Of a DNA stretch of 20,000 nt, positions 1 through 9,533 are shown piece after piece. Source of the stretch: an uncultured virus (IMG/VR IMGVR_UViG_3300017733_000002) (Duplodnaviria; Heunggongvirae; Uroviricota; Caudoviricetes); IMG/VR virus record IMGVR_UViG_3300017733_000002, one strand, 5' to 3'. The notes beneath the pieces are model-generated. The model did not search any database and was not told where the DNA came from. It saw only the letters and a list, made by a program, of their open reading frames with translations. Position 1 is the first letter of the stretch, and every line of letters starts with the position of its first letter. The position numbers and the translations under genes were made by a program.

Positions 1-2
1 GT

Positions 3-3000
3 GAATTAGACAATACTGCAAAATTTGGTGGCGGTGCAGGTGGTGTTAGATTTAACGACTTCTTTGAAACAGAGACAGTTGAAGGAGTGCCAAGAATAGT
101 ACAAAAACCTACAGCAGTTCTTAAAAGTGCTACAGGACAAATTTTATCTGCAAATGATTTAAGTGGTAGTTATGGTGAAGCTAATGTATCTGCATCATTT
201 TCAATAAGTGCATCTGGAGTTTCAATAGAGCAGGCAGATATATCAACACAAAAAGCACAAATCTCTGGACAAAGTGCTCAATCATCAGCGACTTCTGCGA
301 CATCTGCTGAAGGATCTTCACAAACAGCAAACCAAAAAGCACAAGCAGCTAATACAAGTGCACAAAGTTCTGATTCTAGTGCACAGCTATCAAATCAAAA
401 AGCACAAATCTCTGGACAAAGTGCACAATCTTCTGCAGGATCAGCACAATCATCTGCTGTATCAGCCACAGTAGCAGATGCTTCTGCCTCAGCTGCAAAT
501 ACTGCTGCACAAAGCTCTAATCAGAGTGCTCAATCTTCTGCAACAGGAGCTTCACAATCTCAAGCTGGTGCTACTTCAGCACAACAAGGCGCAGGAGTAT
601 CGCAACAAGGAGCACAATCAGCAGCTAGTTCTGCAACAACATCTGAGGCTTCTGCACAGGCTTCTACACAAGCAAAATCAGATGCTCAGAGCGCTAAGAC
701 ACAGGCACAAGTTGCTTCACAACAATCAAACCAATTTAGACAAGGAGCATTAGTTGCAAAAGAATCATCAGCAACTTCTAGTTTCGCAGCAAGAGACTCT
801 GCTTCATTTTCAGAGACAAAAGCACAACAATCAAATCAGTTTGCACAGTCATCTGCTACATCAGCAACAACTTCTGAGGGGTCAGCTCAGAGTTCTAATT
901 CAAGTGCACAAACAGCAAATCAAAAAGCACAACAAGCAGCATCATCTGAAGGAGTAGCTTCTACTGGTGCACAACAAGCAGCAAGTTCTGCTACAACATC
1001 TGAGGCATCAGCACAAAGTTCAAACCAAGCTGCTCAATCTTCTAATCAAAGTGCACAGGGCGCTAATACATCAGCTCAAAGCTCTAATCAAAGTGCTCAA
1101 TCATCAGCAACTGGAGCTTCACAATCTCAAGCTGGTGCTACTTCATCACAGCAAGGAGCATCAACATCTCAACAAGGAGCAGGAGTATCACAACAAGGGG
1201 CGCAATCAGCAGCTAGTTCTGCAACAACATCTGAGGCATCAGCACAAAGTTCTGCAACTTCAGCAACTGTTGCAGATGCTTCGGCATCAGCAGCAAATAC
1301 ATCAGCTCAAAGTTCAAATACAAGTGCTCAATCATCAGCAACTGGAGCTTCTCAGTCTCAAGCAGGTGCCACATCAGCTCAGCAAGGAGCATCTGTTTCT
1401 CAACAGGGTGCACAATCTTCTGCAACATCTGCACAATCATCTGCTGTATCGGCAACTGTTGCAGATGCTTCGGCATCAGCAGCAAATACATCAGCTCAAA
1501 GTTCAAATACAAGTGCGCAAGGAGCAAACCAATCAGCACAAGGAGCAAATACATCTGCACAACAATCTCAGGCAGGAGCTGCATCAGCTCAGCAAGGAGC
1601 ATCGGTTTCACAGCAAGGAGCTCAGTCTTCAGCAACATCTGCTACATCAGCAGAAGGATCAGCACAAAGCTCTAATCAAAGTGCTCAATCATCAGCAACT
1701 GGAGCTTCACAATCTCAAGCAGGAGCTACTTCAGCACAGCAAGGAGCTCAATCTTCTGCAGGATCAGCTACATCAGCAGCAGGATCAGCAACAGAAGCAG
1801 ATGCTTCGGCATCAGCAGCAAATACCTCAGCACAAAGTTCTAATCAGAGTGCTCAATCTTCTGCAACAGGAGCTTCACAATCTCAAGCTGGTGCAACATC
1901 ATCACAACAAGGAGCATCAACATCTCAGCAAGGTGCAGGAGTATCACAGCAAGGTGCACAATCATCAGCAGCTTCAGCAACTACATCTGAGGCATCAGCA
2001 CAAAGTTCAAATCAGTCAGCTCAAGGTGCATCAGCATCTTCACAAGTTGCAAACCAGAAAGCTCAAGTTGCTAATCAGTCTGCACAATCATCAGCAGGAT
2101 CTGCACAATCTTCAGCAGCATCGGCAACAGTAGCAGATGCTTCGGCATCAGCTGCAGAAAGTTCTGCACAAAGTTCAAATCAAGCTGCACAAACATCACA
2201 ATCTGGTGCATCAACAGCACAACAAGGTGCTTCAACTTCACAAGCTGGTGCATCAACAGCACAACAAGGTGCTTCAACTTCACAAGCTGGGGCTTCTACT
2301 TCACAGCAAGGTGCACAATCATCTGCAGCTTCAGCAACTACATCTGAGGCATCAGCACAAAGTTCAAATCAGTCAGCTCAAGGATCAAATTCATCTGCAC
2401 AATCTTCTGCAGGATCTGCAACAACTGCAAATCAAAAAGCACAACAGGCAACTACATCAGCAACAGGTGCATCACAATCAGCACAATCTTCAGCAGCATC
2501 AGCAACTGTGGCGGACGCTTCAGCATCAGCTGCAGAAAGTTCTGCACAAAGTTCAAATCAAGCTGCACAAACATCACAATCTGGTGCATCAACTGCTCAG
2601 ACAGGAGCTTCACAAGCTCAAGCTGGTGCTTCAACTGCACAACAAGGAGCTCAGTCAGCAGCAAGTTCAGCAACATCTGCTGAAGGATCTTCTCAAACAG
2701 CAAATCAAAAAGCTCAAGCTGCAAATTCATCAGCACAAAGTTCAAATTCAAGCGCACAATCTTCTGCAACAGGAGCTTCACAATCTCAAGCAGGAGCTAC
2801 TTCAGCTCAGCAAGGTGCACAATCAGCACAAGCTGGAGCATCAACAGCACAGCAAGGAGCTTCAACATCTCAACAAGGAGCTTCAACTTCACAAGCTGGA
2901 GCATCAACAGCACAGCAAGGAGCACAATCCGCTGCTAGTTCTGCGACAACATCTGAGGCATCAGCACAAAGTTCAAACCAAGCTGCACAATCATCTCAAG

Positions 3001-6000
3001 CAGGAGCATCTTCATCTCAACAGGGTGCACAAAATTCAGCAGGATCTGCATCAGAATCTGCACAATCCGCGGCACAGTCTGCAACAAAAGCATCACAAGC
3101 TGCATTACAAGCTCAAGGAGCAGCAGCATCTGCATCAGCAGCGGAAGATGCTGCGCAGCAAGCCGCAACAAAAGCTCAACAGGCATCAACAGCTGCACAG
3201 CAGGCATCTACAAAAGCATCTGATGCAGAAAGTTCTGCACAACAAGCAGCAGCCAAAGCACAAAATGCATCAAATTCTGCACAAACAGCAGCAATAGCAG
3301 CAACAGCTGCAGCAGCATCCGCATCACTAGCTTCTACATCATCTCAGCAAGCATCTACTGTTGCAACACAAGCATCACAAATTGCATCACAAGCAGCAGC
3401 ATCAGCAACCGCAGCGGCTCAAGAAGCAGCAGCTTCATTGGCATCTGCACAACAATCAGATGGGTCTGCTCAATCATCTAGTCAGAGTGCACAGGGCGCT
3501 AATCAATCAGCACAATCTTCTGCAGGATCTGCAACAACTGCAAATCAAAAAGCACAAGCAGCTAATGCAAGTGCTCAAAGTTCTGATTCTAGTGCACAAG
3601 GTGCAGCTGGATCAGCTACAACTGCTAATCAAAAAGCTCAACAAGCATCTAGCTCTGCTCAGACATCAGCAGTATCTGCAACCTCAGCAAATTTATCAGC
3701 AACAGAAGCAGACGCATCTGCATCAGTAGCAAATCAAAAAGCACAAATAGCCCAACAAGGCGCTTCAACATCTCAGTCAGGTGCAAGTACTGCACAATCA
3801 GGTGCTGCAACGGCACAGAGTGGAGCAACATCAGCACAACAAGGAGCAAGCTCTGCAAATACTTCTGCACAATCTTCTGCAGGATCGGCTACAACTGCTA
3901 ATCAAAAAGCGCAAATTTCTAATCAAAGTGCACAATCATCAGCAACTTCTGCGACATCTGCTGAAGGATCTTCTCAAACAGCAAATCAAAAAGCACAGCA
4001 AGCTTCTGCATCATCAACAACTGCAAATCAAAAAGCACAGCAAGCTTCTAGTTCAGCTCAATCTTCTGCAGGCTCTGCTACATCAGCAGCAGGATCAGCA
4101 ACAGAAGCAGATGCTTCGGCATCTCTAGCTAATCAAAAAGCACAAGTAGCTCAGCAAGGAGCAAGTACTGCTCAAAGTGGTGCTGCAACTGCACAGTCAG
4201 GAGCTACTACTTCACAACAAGGTGCTGCATCTTCTCAGTCAGGAGCTCAATCAGCTGCTAGTTCTGCGACATCTGCTGAAGGATCTTCTCAAACAGCAAA
4301 TCAAAAAGCTCAAGCTGCAAATTCATCAGCACAAGGAGCCGCAGGATCTGCAACAACTGCAAATCAAAAATCACAAGATGCAAATGCAAGTGCACAATCA
4401 TCAGCAACTGGAGCTTCTCAGGCTCAAGCTGGTGCTACATCGGCACAGCAAGGAGCAAGTACTGCACAGAGCGGAGCATCAACTGCTCAGACAGGAGCTT
4501 CACAAGCTCAAGCTGGCGCTACATCGGCACAGCAAGGAGCACAATCTTCTGCAGGATCTGCTACATCAGCAGCAGGATCAGCAACAGAAGCAGAAGCATC
4601 AGCTTCATTGGCAAATCAAAAAGCTCAAGCTGCAAATGCATCAGCACAAGGAGCTGCAGGATCAGAAACAAATGCAAACACTTCAGCACAACAAGCTCAA
4701 TCAGGAGCAAGTACTGCGCAGACAGGTGCTTCACAAGCTCAAGCAGGTGCTGCATCTGCTCAGACAGGCGCTTCACAAGCTCAAGCAGGAGCAAGCTCTG
4801 CACAACAAGGAGCTAATTCTTCAAATGCATCTGCACAGACTTCTGCAGTAGCAGCAACTTTTTCAGCAGCATCAGCATCAGTTTCAACAACAAGTGCACA
4901 ATCTTCAGATGGATCTGCACAAAATTCAGCAGCATCAGCTGCAGAATCTGCAGCGTCTGCAAATACTTCGGCACAAAGTGCAAGTCAGTCTGCAACCAAA
5001 GCATCTGAAGCAGCAGAAAGTGCACAAGCTTCAGCTAACTCAGCAAGTCAGTCTGCTGGTGTTGCTACATCAGCCGCACAAAGTGCAAGTCAATCTTCTA
5101 GTTCAGCAACAGCTGCAGCAGCATCTGCAACGACATCTGCACAAGAAGCTAGTGATTCTGCTGGTTCAGCAGCGACAGCTGCAACTAAATCACAACAAGC
5201 AGCAACTGATGCAACTACAGCTTCACAAAAAGCTTCACAAGCTTCAACAAATGCAACTGCAGCTTCACAATCTGCAAATACTTCTGCACAATCAGCAGCT
5301 GGATCAGCAACTAGTGCAAATCAATCAGCAACAAAAGCATCACAGGCTTCAACATCCGCAGCAGCATCTGCAGCATCAGCATCAGCAGCATCAACAAGTG
5401 CACAACAAGCATCAACAAAAGCACAACAAGCTGCAGTACAAGCTCAGAACGCTGAGGGAGAAGCAGAAAATGCAGCTCAAGAAGCAGCAGATTCTGCAAC
5501 AAAAGCACAACAAGCATCAGCATCTGCAACTGCAGCTTCACAATCTGCATCAAACTCTGCAACATCTGCAGCAAACTCTGCAACAACAGCACAACAAGCT
5601 GCAAGTATAGCAACACAAGCAGCAGCATCTGCAACCGCAGCAGCTAATGAAGCAGCAGCATCATTGTCATCTGCACAGTCTTCGGATGGATCTGCTCAAA
5701 ATGCAAATTCAAGCGCACAAGGTGCAGCTCAAAAAGCAACCGATGCAACAAGTGCTGCTCAACAAGCATCGACAAAACAATCACAAGCTTCAACACTACA
5801 ATCACAAAGCTCAACATTAAGATCACAAAGTTCTGCAATATCTTCTTCTACAAATTTAAGAGCTGATGGAATTCAAGCCATATTATCAGGATCATTAGGA
5901 GCTAGCACTTCAGTAGTGACACTACCTAATGTTATTGCAACAGGATCCGGTACAATAGCAGGATGGACTATAGATTCCGATGCAATATTTGTAGGTACAA

Positions 6001-8393
6001 AAGACACAAGCGGTTTTACAAGTGGCAACGGTCACATGACTATATCGTCTACAGGTGCAATACACGCTCCAAAATTTTATATAGATAGTTCTGGTAATGT
6101 AGAATTAGAAGGAACCGTTACTGCAACTGCTGGTGCAATTGGCGGATTTACAATTGCAAATAGTGATATTACTGGTAGTGGCGGTAAGTTAGTTACCAGC
6201 AATAGGTCAACTAATAACTTCGGAACAGGTACAACTTATAATACAACAAAAAGAGTAGAGCTTCTTCCAAGCAATATACAGATTCGTACTTATGTAGGTC
6301 ATCCGCTTTCAACAAACGGAATTGATCAGTCAAGAATAATTTTTGATGCTGCTTCTACAGCATCATTTAATTTCTCTAATGGAGAGACTAATACTAAAAT
6401 TAACACTGCCAAATTAAGACTAGAAAATATAGAAATTGGAAAATATGATACTAGTGACAATTTCACCGGCAAAAGCTTGTATATAGGAGTCGGTGGTGGT
6501 AGTGTAGGCTCAATTAGAAACAATATCAATGATGCATCTTCTGCATATGCAATCATAAAGCCAGACAATACCAATGCAGGTTGGATTGTAGGACAGAAAT
6601 TATCTGTAGGAACTGTTGTTGCATTTACATCTACTGTTTATCAGTCAGGTTATAGATTTAGTGTTAATGGCTCATCTTATTTTAGTGACTATCTTGTTGC
6701 ACCTGGTGGCATTCATGTCGGAGGAACATCAGACCCTGGAACTGATAATCTATTTGTTGATGGTTTCACATACTCACTTGGTGGTCTTCACGTCGGAGGA
6801 ACATCAAATCCAGGAACTGATAACTTAGCTGTTGATGGTTACACATACTCACTTGGTGGTCTTAATGTTGGTGGAACATCAGATCCAGGTGATGATTGCT
6901 TACGAGTGACTGGTCACGCGACTTTTGGAAAAGATACAACAGACAGTAATACTGTTACGGTTTATGTATCCAGTAATGCAGGAGATCAAGGTATACAGTT
7001 TTTAAGAGATGATTCTTCTACAACTTCTGGTGAAGGTATGGGTGCAATAGGTTTTGATACTATTGATGGAGGAGCACCAACAGATATTTTTAAATCATCT
7101 GCATTAATATCAGGTCATGCATCAGAGACTATGGGTACGGGTGATAAGGGTGGCCAAATAAGATTTTACACAAAACCAACTGATGCAGATGCTTCCACCA
7201 GTGCAACTTTAAGGGGTAAATTTAATGCTTCAGGACAGCTTATATTGGAAAGCGATCTTTCAATTGTTCAAGCTAAAAAGTTTTATCTTGATGATGTTAG
7301 CAATACGTATATCCACTCTCCAGGCTCTGATCATATAGACTTTGTAGCAGGTGGAGCAACATATCTAGCAATAGACCAAGACAATTCAAATACTGTTATT
7401 AGAGCAGATCTTTTTCTTGCAGGAAGTTCAACAACAATAGATTCCGGAGCGTATGGCTCAAATTACATAAGGCTTTTTAATAACAACGGTCACAGCTATA
7501 TGGATTTCTTCGGTGGAGACATGTATTTTAGAGAAAATGGTAGTGCAGTAGGATTAATGATTGAAGATTCTACAGCTTATGTTGGCATTGGACATTCAGA
7601 TCCAAATGCTCCACTAGATGTTAGAAAGAATCAATCAAATGACGCATATATAGGTATTTTTAGAAATTCAAGTTCATCTGATTCTGGAAACTCATACATA
7701 CTAAACTTATGGCATTCTCAAGAAGATTCAACAAACCAATTCGATACAGGTGAGCACTGGATTCAATTTTCAGATAATAGCGGAACATTCTTAGGAGAAA
7801 TTACTAGTCGAGTGACTTATACCACATTTACAGGAGGTCACGTGTCACAAATTATAAGTGGTTCAGCTGCAGACAATGAAAATGAGATGAAAGCTTGGAA
7901 GCCTGGTATGATCGTAAAAGCAACAGGAAACTTAAATGTAACTGGAAGCACTTTAGATTTAGCTTGGCCGGAAGTTACTGTTACAACAACTCAAAAAGAC
8001 AAAGCTGTAATGGGTGTCTATAGTGATATAAAGCCGGGTAGTGGTTCAAATTGGGTGGGCCCATGGAATAACAAAAGCGCAGTAAGCAGTTCTACAGGAG
8101 ACTGGGGTACAGGACATAATATGCATGGTTTAGATCCTGTAAAACCAGCATTGGACTATAATGCGGTTGGTGAAGGAATGATGTTGGTTACAGATACTAA
8201 TGGAAATATAGAAACAGGCGATTATATCTGTTCATCTACAAGAACTGGTCACGGTGAAAAGCAAGACGATGACTTACTACACAATTACACAGTAGCAAAA
8301 GCTACACAGCCTTATAACTTTGCATCTGCTAGTAATGACGCAGACTTAGGCTATAAATCAGTACTAATTGCATGTACTTATCATTGTGGATAA
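3..8393 (+). CDS. Giant tail-fibre/virion fibre-like protein, 5'-truncated (heptad-repeat shaft, beta-rich distal region, putative intramolecular-chaperone-like C-terminal domain)
   Basis: The frame of ORF 87..8393 is open back to position 3 (ELDNTAKFGGGAGGVRFNDFFETETVEG then VPRIVQK), so GTG at 87 is probably internal. About 1,870 aa of A/S/Q/T heptads resemble the Ala/Ser-rich shafts of lambda Stf-type fibres. These are followed by GTIAGWTI / GAIGGFTI motifs, VGIG..PNAPLDV and a terminal FTGGH...GEG...GDYI...CTYHCG domain. Stop is TAA at 8391-8393. Confidence 0.75.
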   Translation, partial: ELDNTAKFGGGAGGVRFNDFFETETVEGVPRIVQKPTAVLKSATGQILSANDLSGSYGEANVSASFSISASGVSIEQADISTQKAQISGQSAQSSATSATSAEGSSQTANQKAQAANTSAQSSDSSAQLSNQKAQISGQSAQSSAGSAQSSAVSATVADASASAANTAAQSSNQSAQSSATGASQSQAGATSAQQGAGVSQQGAQSAASSATTSEASAQASTQAKSDAQSAKTQAQVASQQSNQFRQGALVAKESSATSSFAARDSASFSETKAQQSNQFAQSSATSATTSEGSAQSSNSSAQTANQKAQQAASSEGVASTGAQQAASSATTSEASAQSSNQAAQSSNQSAQGANTSAQSSNQSAQSSATGASQSQAGATSSQQGASTSQQGAGVSQQGAQSAASSATTSEASAQSSATSATVADASASAANTSAQSSNTSAQSSATGASQSQAGATSAQQGASVSQQGAQSSATSAQSSAVSATVADASASAANTSAQSSNTSAQGANQSAQGANTSAQQSQAGAASAQQGASVSQQGAQSSATSATSAEGSAQSSNQSAQSSATGASQSQAGATSAQQGAQSSAGSATSAAGSATEADASASAANTSAQSSNQSAQSSATGASQSQAGATSSQQGASTSQQGAGVSQQGAQSSAASATTSEASAQSSNQSAQGASASSQVANQKAQVANQSAQSSAGSAQSSAASATVADASASAAESSAQSSNQAAQTSQSGASTAQQGASTSQAGASTAQQGASTSQAGASTSQQGAQSSAASATTSEASAQSSNQSAQGSNSSAQSSAGSATTANQKAQQATTSATGASQSAQSSAASATVADASASAAESSAQSSNQAAQTSQSGASTAQTGASQAQAGASTAQQGAQSAASSATSAEGSSQTANQKAQAANSSAQSSNSSAQSSATGASQSQAGATSAQQGAQSAQAGASTAQQGASTSQQGASTSQAGASTAQQGAQSAASSATTSEASAQSSNQAAQSSQAGASSSQQGAQNSAGSASESAQSAAQSATKASQAALQAQGAAASASAAEDAAQQAATKAQQASTAAQQASTKASDAESSAQQAAAKAQNASNSAQTAAIAATAAAASASLASTSSQQASTVATQASQIASQAAASATAAAQEAAASLASAQQSDGSAQSSSQSAQGANQSAQSSAGSATTANQKAQAANASAQSSDSSAQGAAGSATTANQKAQQASSSAQTSAVSATSANLSATEADASASVANQKAQIAQQGASTSQSGASTAQSGAATAQSGATSAQQGASSANTSAQSSAGSATTANQKAQISNQSAQSSATSATSAEGSSQTANQKAQQASASSTTANQKAQQASSSAQSSAGSATSAAGSATEADASASLANQKAQVAQQGASTAQSGAATAQSGATTSQQGAASSQSGAQSAASSATSAEGSSQTANQKAQAANSSAQGAAGSATTANQKSQDANASAQSSATGASQAQAGATSAQQGASTAQSGASTAQTGASQAQAGATSAQQGAQSSAGSATSAAGSATEAEASASLANQKAQAANASAQGAAGSETNANTSAQQAQSGASTAQTGASQAQAGAASAQTGASQAQAGASSAQQGANSSNASAQTSAVAATFSAASASVSTTSAQSSDGSAQNSAASAAESAASANTSAQSASQSATKASEAAESAQASANSASQSAGVATSAAQSASQSSSSATAAAASATTSAQEASDSAGSAATAATKSQQAATDATTASQKASQASTNATAASQSANTSAQSAAGSATSANQSATKASQASTSAAASAASASAASTSAQQASTKAQQAAVQAQNAEGEAENAAQEAADSATKAQQASASATAASQSASNSATSAANSATTAQQAASIATQAAASATAAANEAAASLSSAQSSDGSAQNANSSAQGAAQKATDATSAAQQASTKQSQASTLQSQSSTLRSQSSAISSSTNLRADGIQAILSGSLGASTSVVTLPNVIATGSGTIAGWTIDSDAIFVGTKDTSGFTSGNGHMTISSTGAIHAPKFYIDSSGNVELEGTVTATAGAIGGFTIANSDITGSGGKLVTSNRSTNNFGTGTTYNTTKRVELLPSNIQIRTYVGHPLSTNGIDQSRIIFDAASTASFNFSNGETNTKINTAKLRLENIEIGKYDTSDNFTGKSLYIGVGGGSVGSIRNNINDASSAYAIIKPDNTNAGWIVGQKLSVGTVVAFTSTVYQSGYRFSVNGSSYFSDYLVAPGGIHVGGTSDPGTDNLFVDGFTYSLGGLHVGGTSNPGTDNLAVDGYTYSLGGLNVGGTSDPGDDCLRVTGHATFGKDTTDSNTVTVYVSSNAGDQGIQFLRDDSSTTSGEGMGAIGFDTIDGGAPTDIFKSSALISGHASETMGTGDKGGQIRFYTKPTDADASTSATLRGKFNASGQLILESDLSIVQAKKFYLDDVSNTYIHSPGSDHIDFVAGGATYLAIDQDNSNTVIRADLFLAGSSTTIDSGAYGSNYIRLFNNNGHSYMDFFGGDMYFRENGSAVGLMIEDSTAYVGIGHSDPNAPLDVRKNQSNDAYIGIFRNSSSSDSGNSYILNLWHSQEDSTNQFDTGEHWIQFSDNSGTFLGEITSRVTYTTFTGGHVSQIISGSAADNENEMKAWKPGMIVKATGNLNVTGSTLDLAWPEVTVTTTQKDKAVMGVYSDIKPGSGSNWVGPWNNKSAVSSSTGDWGTGHNMHGLDPVKPALDYNAVGEGMMLVTDTNGNIETGDYICSSTRTGHGEKQDDDLLHNYTVAKATQPYNFASASNDADLGYKSVLIACTYHCG
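231..5850 (+). repeat. Coding array of shuffled 21-nt (7-aa) modules, e.g. AQSSATS, AQSSNQS, ASQSQAG, ATSAQQG, SQTANQK, ATVADAS
   Basis: Identical blocks lie at offsets that are multiples of 21 nt: 1263-1327 = 1452-1516 (offset 189) and 2145-2215 = 2523-2593 (offset 378). Boundaries are approximate. Confidence 0.93.
6705..6900 (+). repeat. Tandem 75-nt (25-aa) repeat, about 2.6 copies: GG(I/L)(H/N)VGGTS(D/N)PG(T/D)D...VDG(F/Y)TYSL
   Basis: Units start at 6705, 6780 and 6855 and are visible in both DNA and protein. Confidence 0.92.
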
Positions 8394-8462
8394 AATTTTT
8401 TATTTTTTAAAAAAGTTAATAAATATATATTAACAAACTAACTTAACATAAGGAGAATACAA

Positions 8463-8750
8463 ATGGCAGTATCTAAAAAAGTCCGAATTCCTGGCACATT
8501 TAGACTAGAGGTGGGAAACCACTCTTGTGTACACGAAGATCCAGAAGGAACTTTTGGTGGCGGATATGAATCAGGTTCTGTTGAAGATTATCTCTCTAAA
8601 AGTAAGATGTGTGTTGTAGAAGCGCCTAACGGCGGTGATGACTTTGAAATTGAATGTTTCATAGTCGCACAAAACTTCTTCACAGGATTCCCATCTTACT
8701 CAGGAGATAAGAACGCAGAAGGCTGTAAAGTATACGTTGAAGAAAAGTAG
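8463..8750 (+). CDS. Hypothetical protein, 95 aa (possible fibre-associated or assembly protein by position)
   Basis: Strong SD AGGAGA at 8451-8456 before the ATG; lies directly after the fibre gene; no recognisable motif. Confidence 0.7.
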   Translation: MAVSKKVRIPGTFRLEVGNHSCVHEDPEGTFGGGYESGSVEDYLSKSKMCVVEAPNGGDDFEIECFIVAQNFFTGFPSYSGDKNAEGCKVYVEEK

Positions 8751-8759
8751 GAGAATACA

Positions 8760-9236
8760 ATGAAAACATCATTTGATGAAATAATCGAAGTTGTCCTACA
8801 CCACGAAGGCGGATATGTAAACGATCCTAAAGATCCGGGCGGTGAAACTAATTACGGAATATCTAAGCGTGCCTATCCAGATGTAGACATTAAAAATCTT
8901 ACAGAAGATGGTGCTAAAGATATTTATAGAAGAGATTACTGGGAAAAGTATCGATGCGATGAGCTTTCTGAAGATCTCCGACACATATATTTTGACATGT
9001 GTGTTAATATGGGTGCTGGACGTGCAACAAAAATAATGCAAGAGACAGCAAACGCTAAAGGAGCTAATCTAAAAGTAGACGGAGGCATGGGACCAAAAAC
9101 AGTAGCAGCAATGCAAAACGTAGAATTAAAAAGAGTTAGAGCGTATAGAGTAAAATACTATGCAAATCTTATCGTAAGAAAACCTGACTTAGAAAAATTC
9201 TACTACGGTTGGTTTAACAGAAGCTTAGAAGTTTAG
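8760..9236 (+). CDS. Glycoside hydrolase family 108 lysozyme with C-terminal peptidoglycan-binding region (endolysin-like)
   Basis: HEGGYVNDPKDPGGETNYGI signature, FDMCVNMG, VDGGMGPKT and a FYYGWFNR end; SD AGGAGA at 8749-8754. Confidence 0.92.
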   Translation: MKTSFDEIIEVVLHHEGGYVNDPKDPGGETNYGISKRAYPDVDIKNLTEDGAKDIYRRDYWEKYRCDELSEDLRHIYFDMCVNMGAGRATKIMQETANAKGANLKVDGGMGPKTVAAMQNVELKRVRAYRVKYYANLIVRKPDLEKFYYGWFNRSLEV

Positions 9237-9246
9237 GAGAAACATA

Positions 9247-9525
9247 ATGGCATTAGAAGACACAATAACACCAGAAGTAAGGCCTCTTGGAAGTCCTGTA
9301 GGAAGATTCGCAGAGTCTCCCCTAGCAGCAACTTCTATGGGATCTGAAACTTATGATAATCCTGCAGATTCACTTGCAAGAGAGGGAGCATCAGTAACTG
9401 GAATACCAGGCAAAGATCCTAAAAAGCAATTTTCGCCTGTTGGAAGACACAATCAAGAATCTAGAACATTTGGAACAGGAACACCTGCTGATTTAAGTAA
9501 AAACGATCCGTTTGGCAATCTTTAG
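9247..9525 (+). CDS. Hypothetical protein, 92 aa, Pro/Gly-rich, with duplicated SPVGR motif
   Basis: SD AGGAGA at 9235-9240; tight spacing between neighbouring genes. Confidence 0.7.
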   Translation: MALEDTITPEVRPLGSPVGRFAESPLAATSMGSETYDNPADSLAREGASVTGIPGKDPKKQFSPVGRHNQESRTFGTGTPADLSKNDPFGNL

Positions 9526-9533
9526 AATAAAGA

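Noticed and set aside
87..89. GTG as the true start of the giant gene
   Set aside because: The frame is open to the window edge, so the start probably lies upstream; a GAAGGA abuts the GTG without proper SD spacing.
274..5838. Many long Gln/Leu/His-rich (+) and Leu/Met-rich (-) alternative-frame ORFs, up to 388 aa
   Set aside because: These are shadows of the GCA/TCA/CAA codon repeats of the fibre gene, which rarely create off-frame stops; they have no RBS or plausible protein composition.
231..5850. Repeat array as a CRISPR array or non-coding satellite
   Set aside because: There is no constant repeat with unique spacers; variation is largely at synonymous positions within one open frame.
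231..5850. Ice-nucleation protein or serine-rich adhesin identity
   Set aside because: The period is 7 aa, not the 8/16/48-aa AGYGST pattern or SX dipeptide repeats, and the context is a phage structural region.
5850..8393. Diversity-generating retroelement target at the fibre tip
   Set aside because: No reverse transcriptase and no TR/VR pair differing at adenines is visible in the window.
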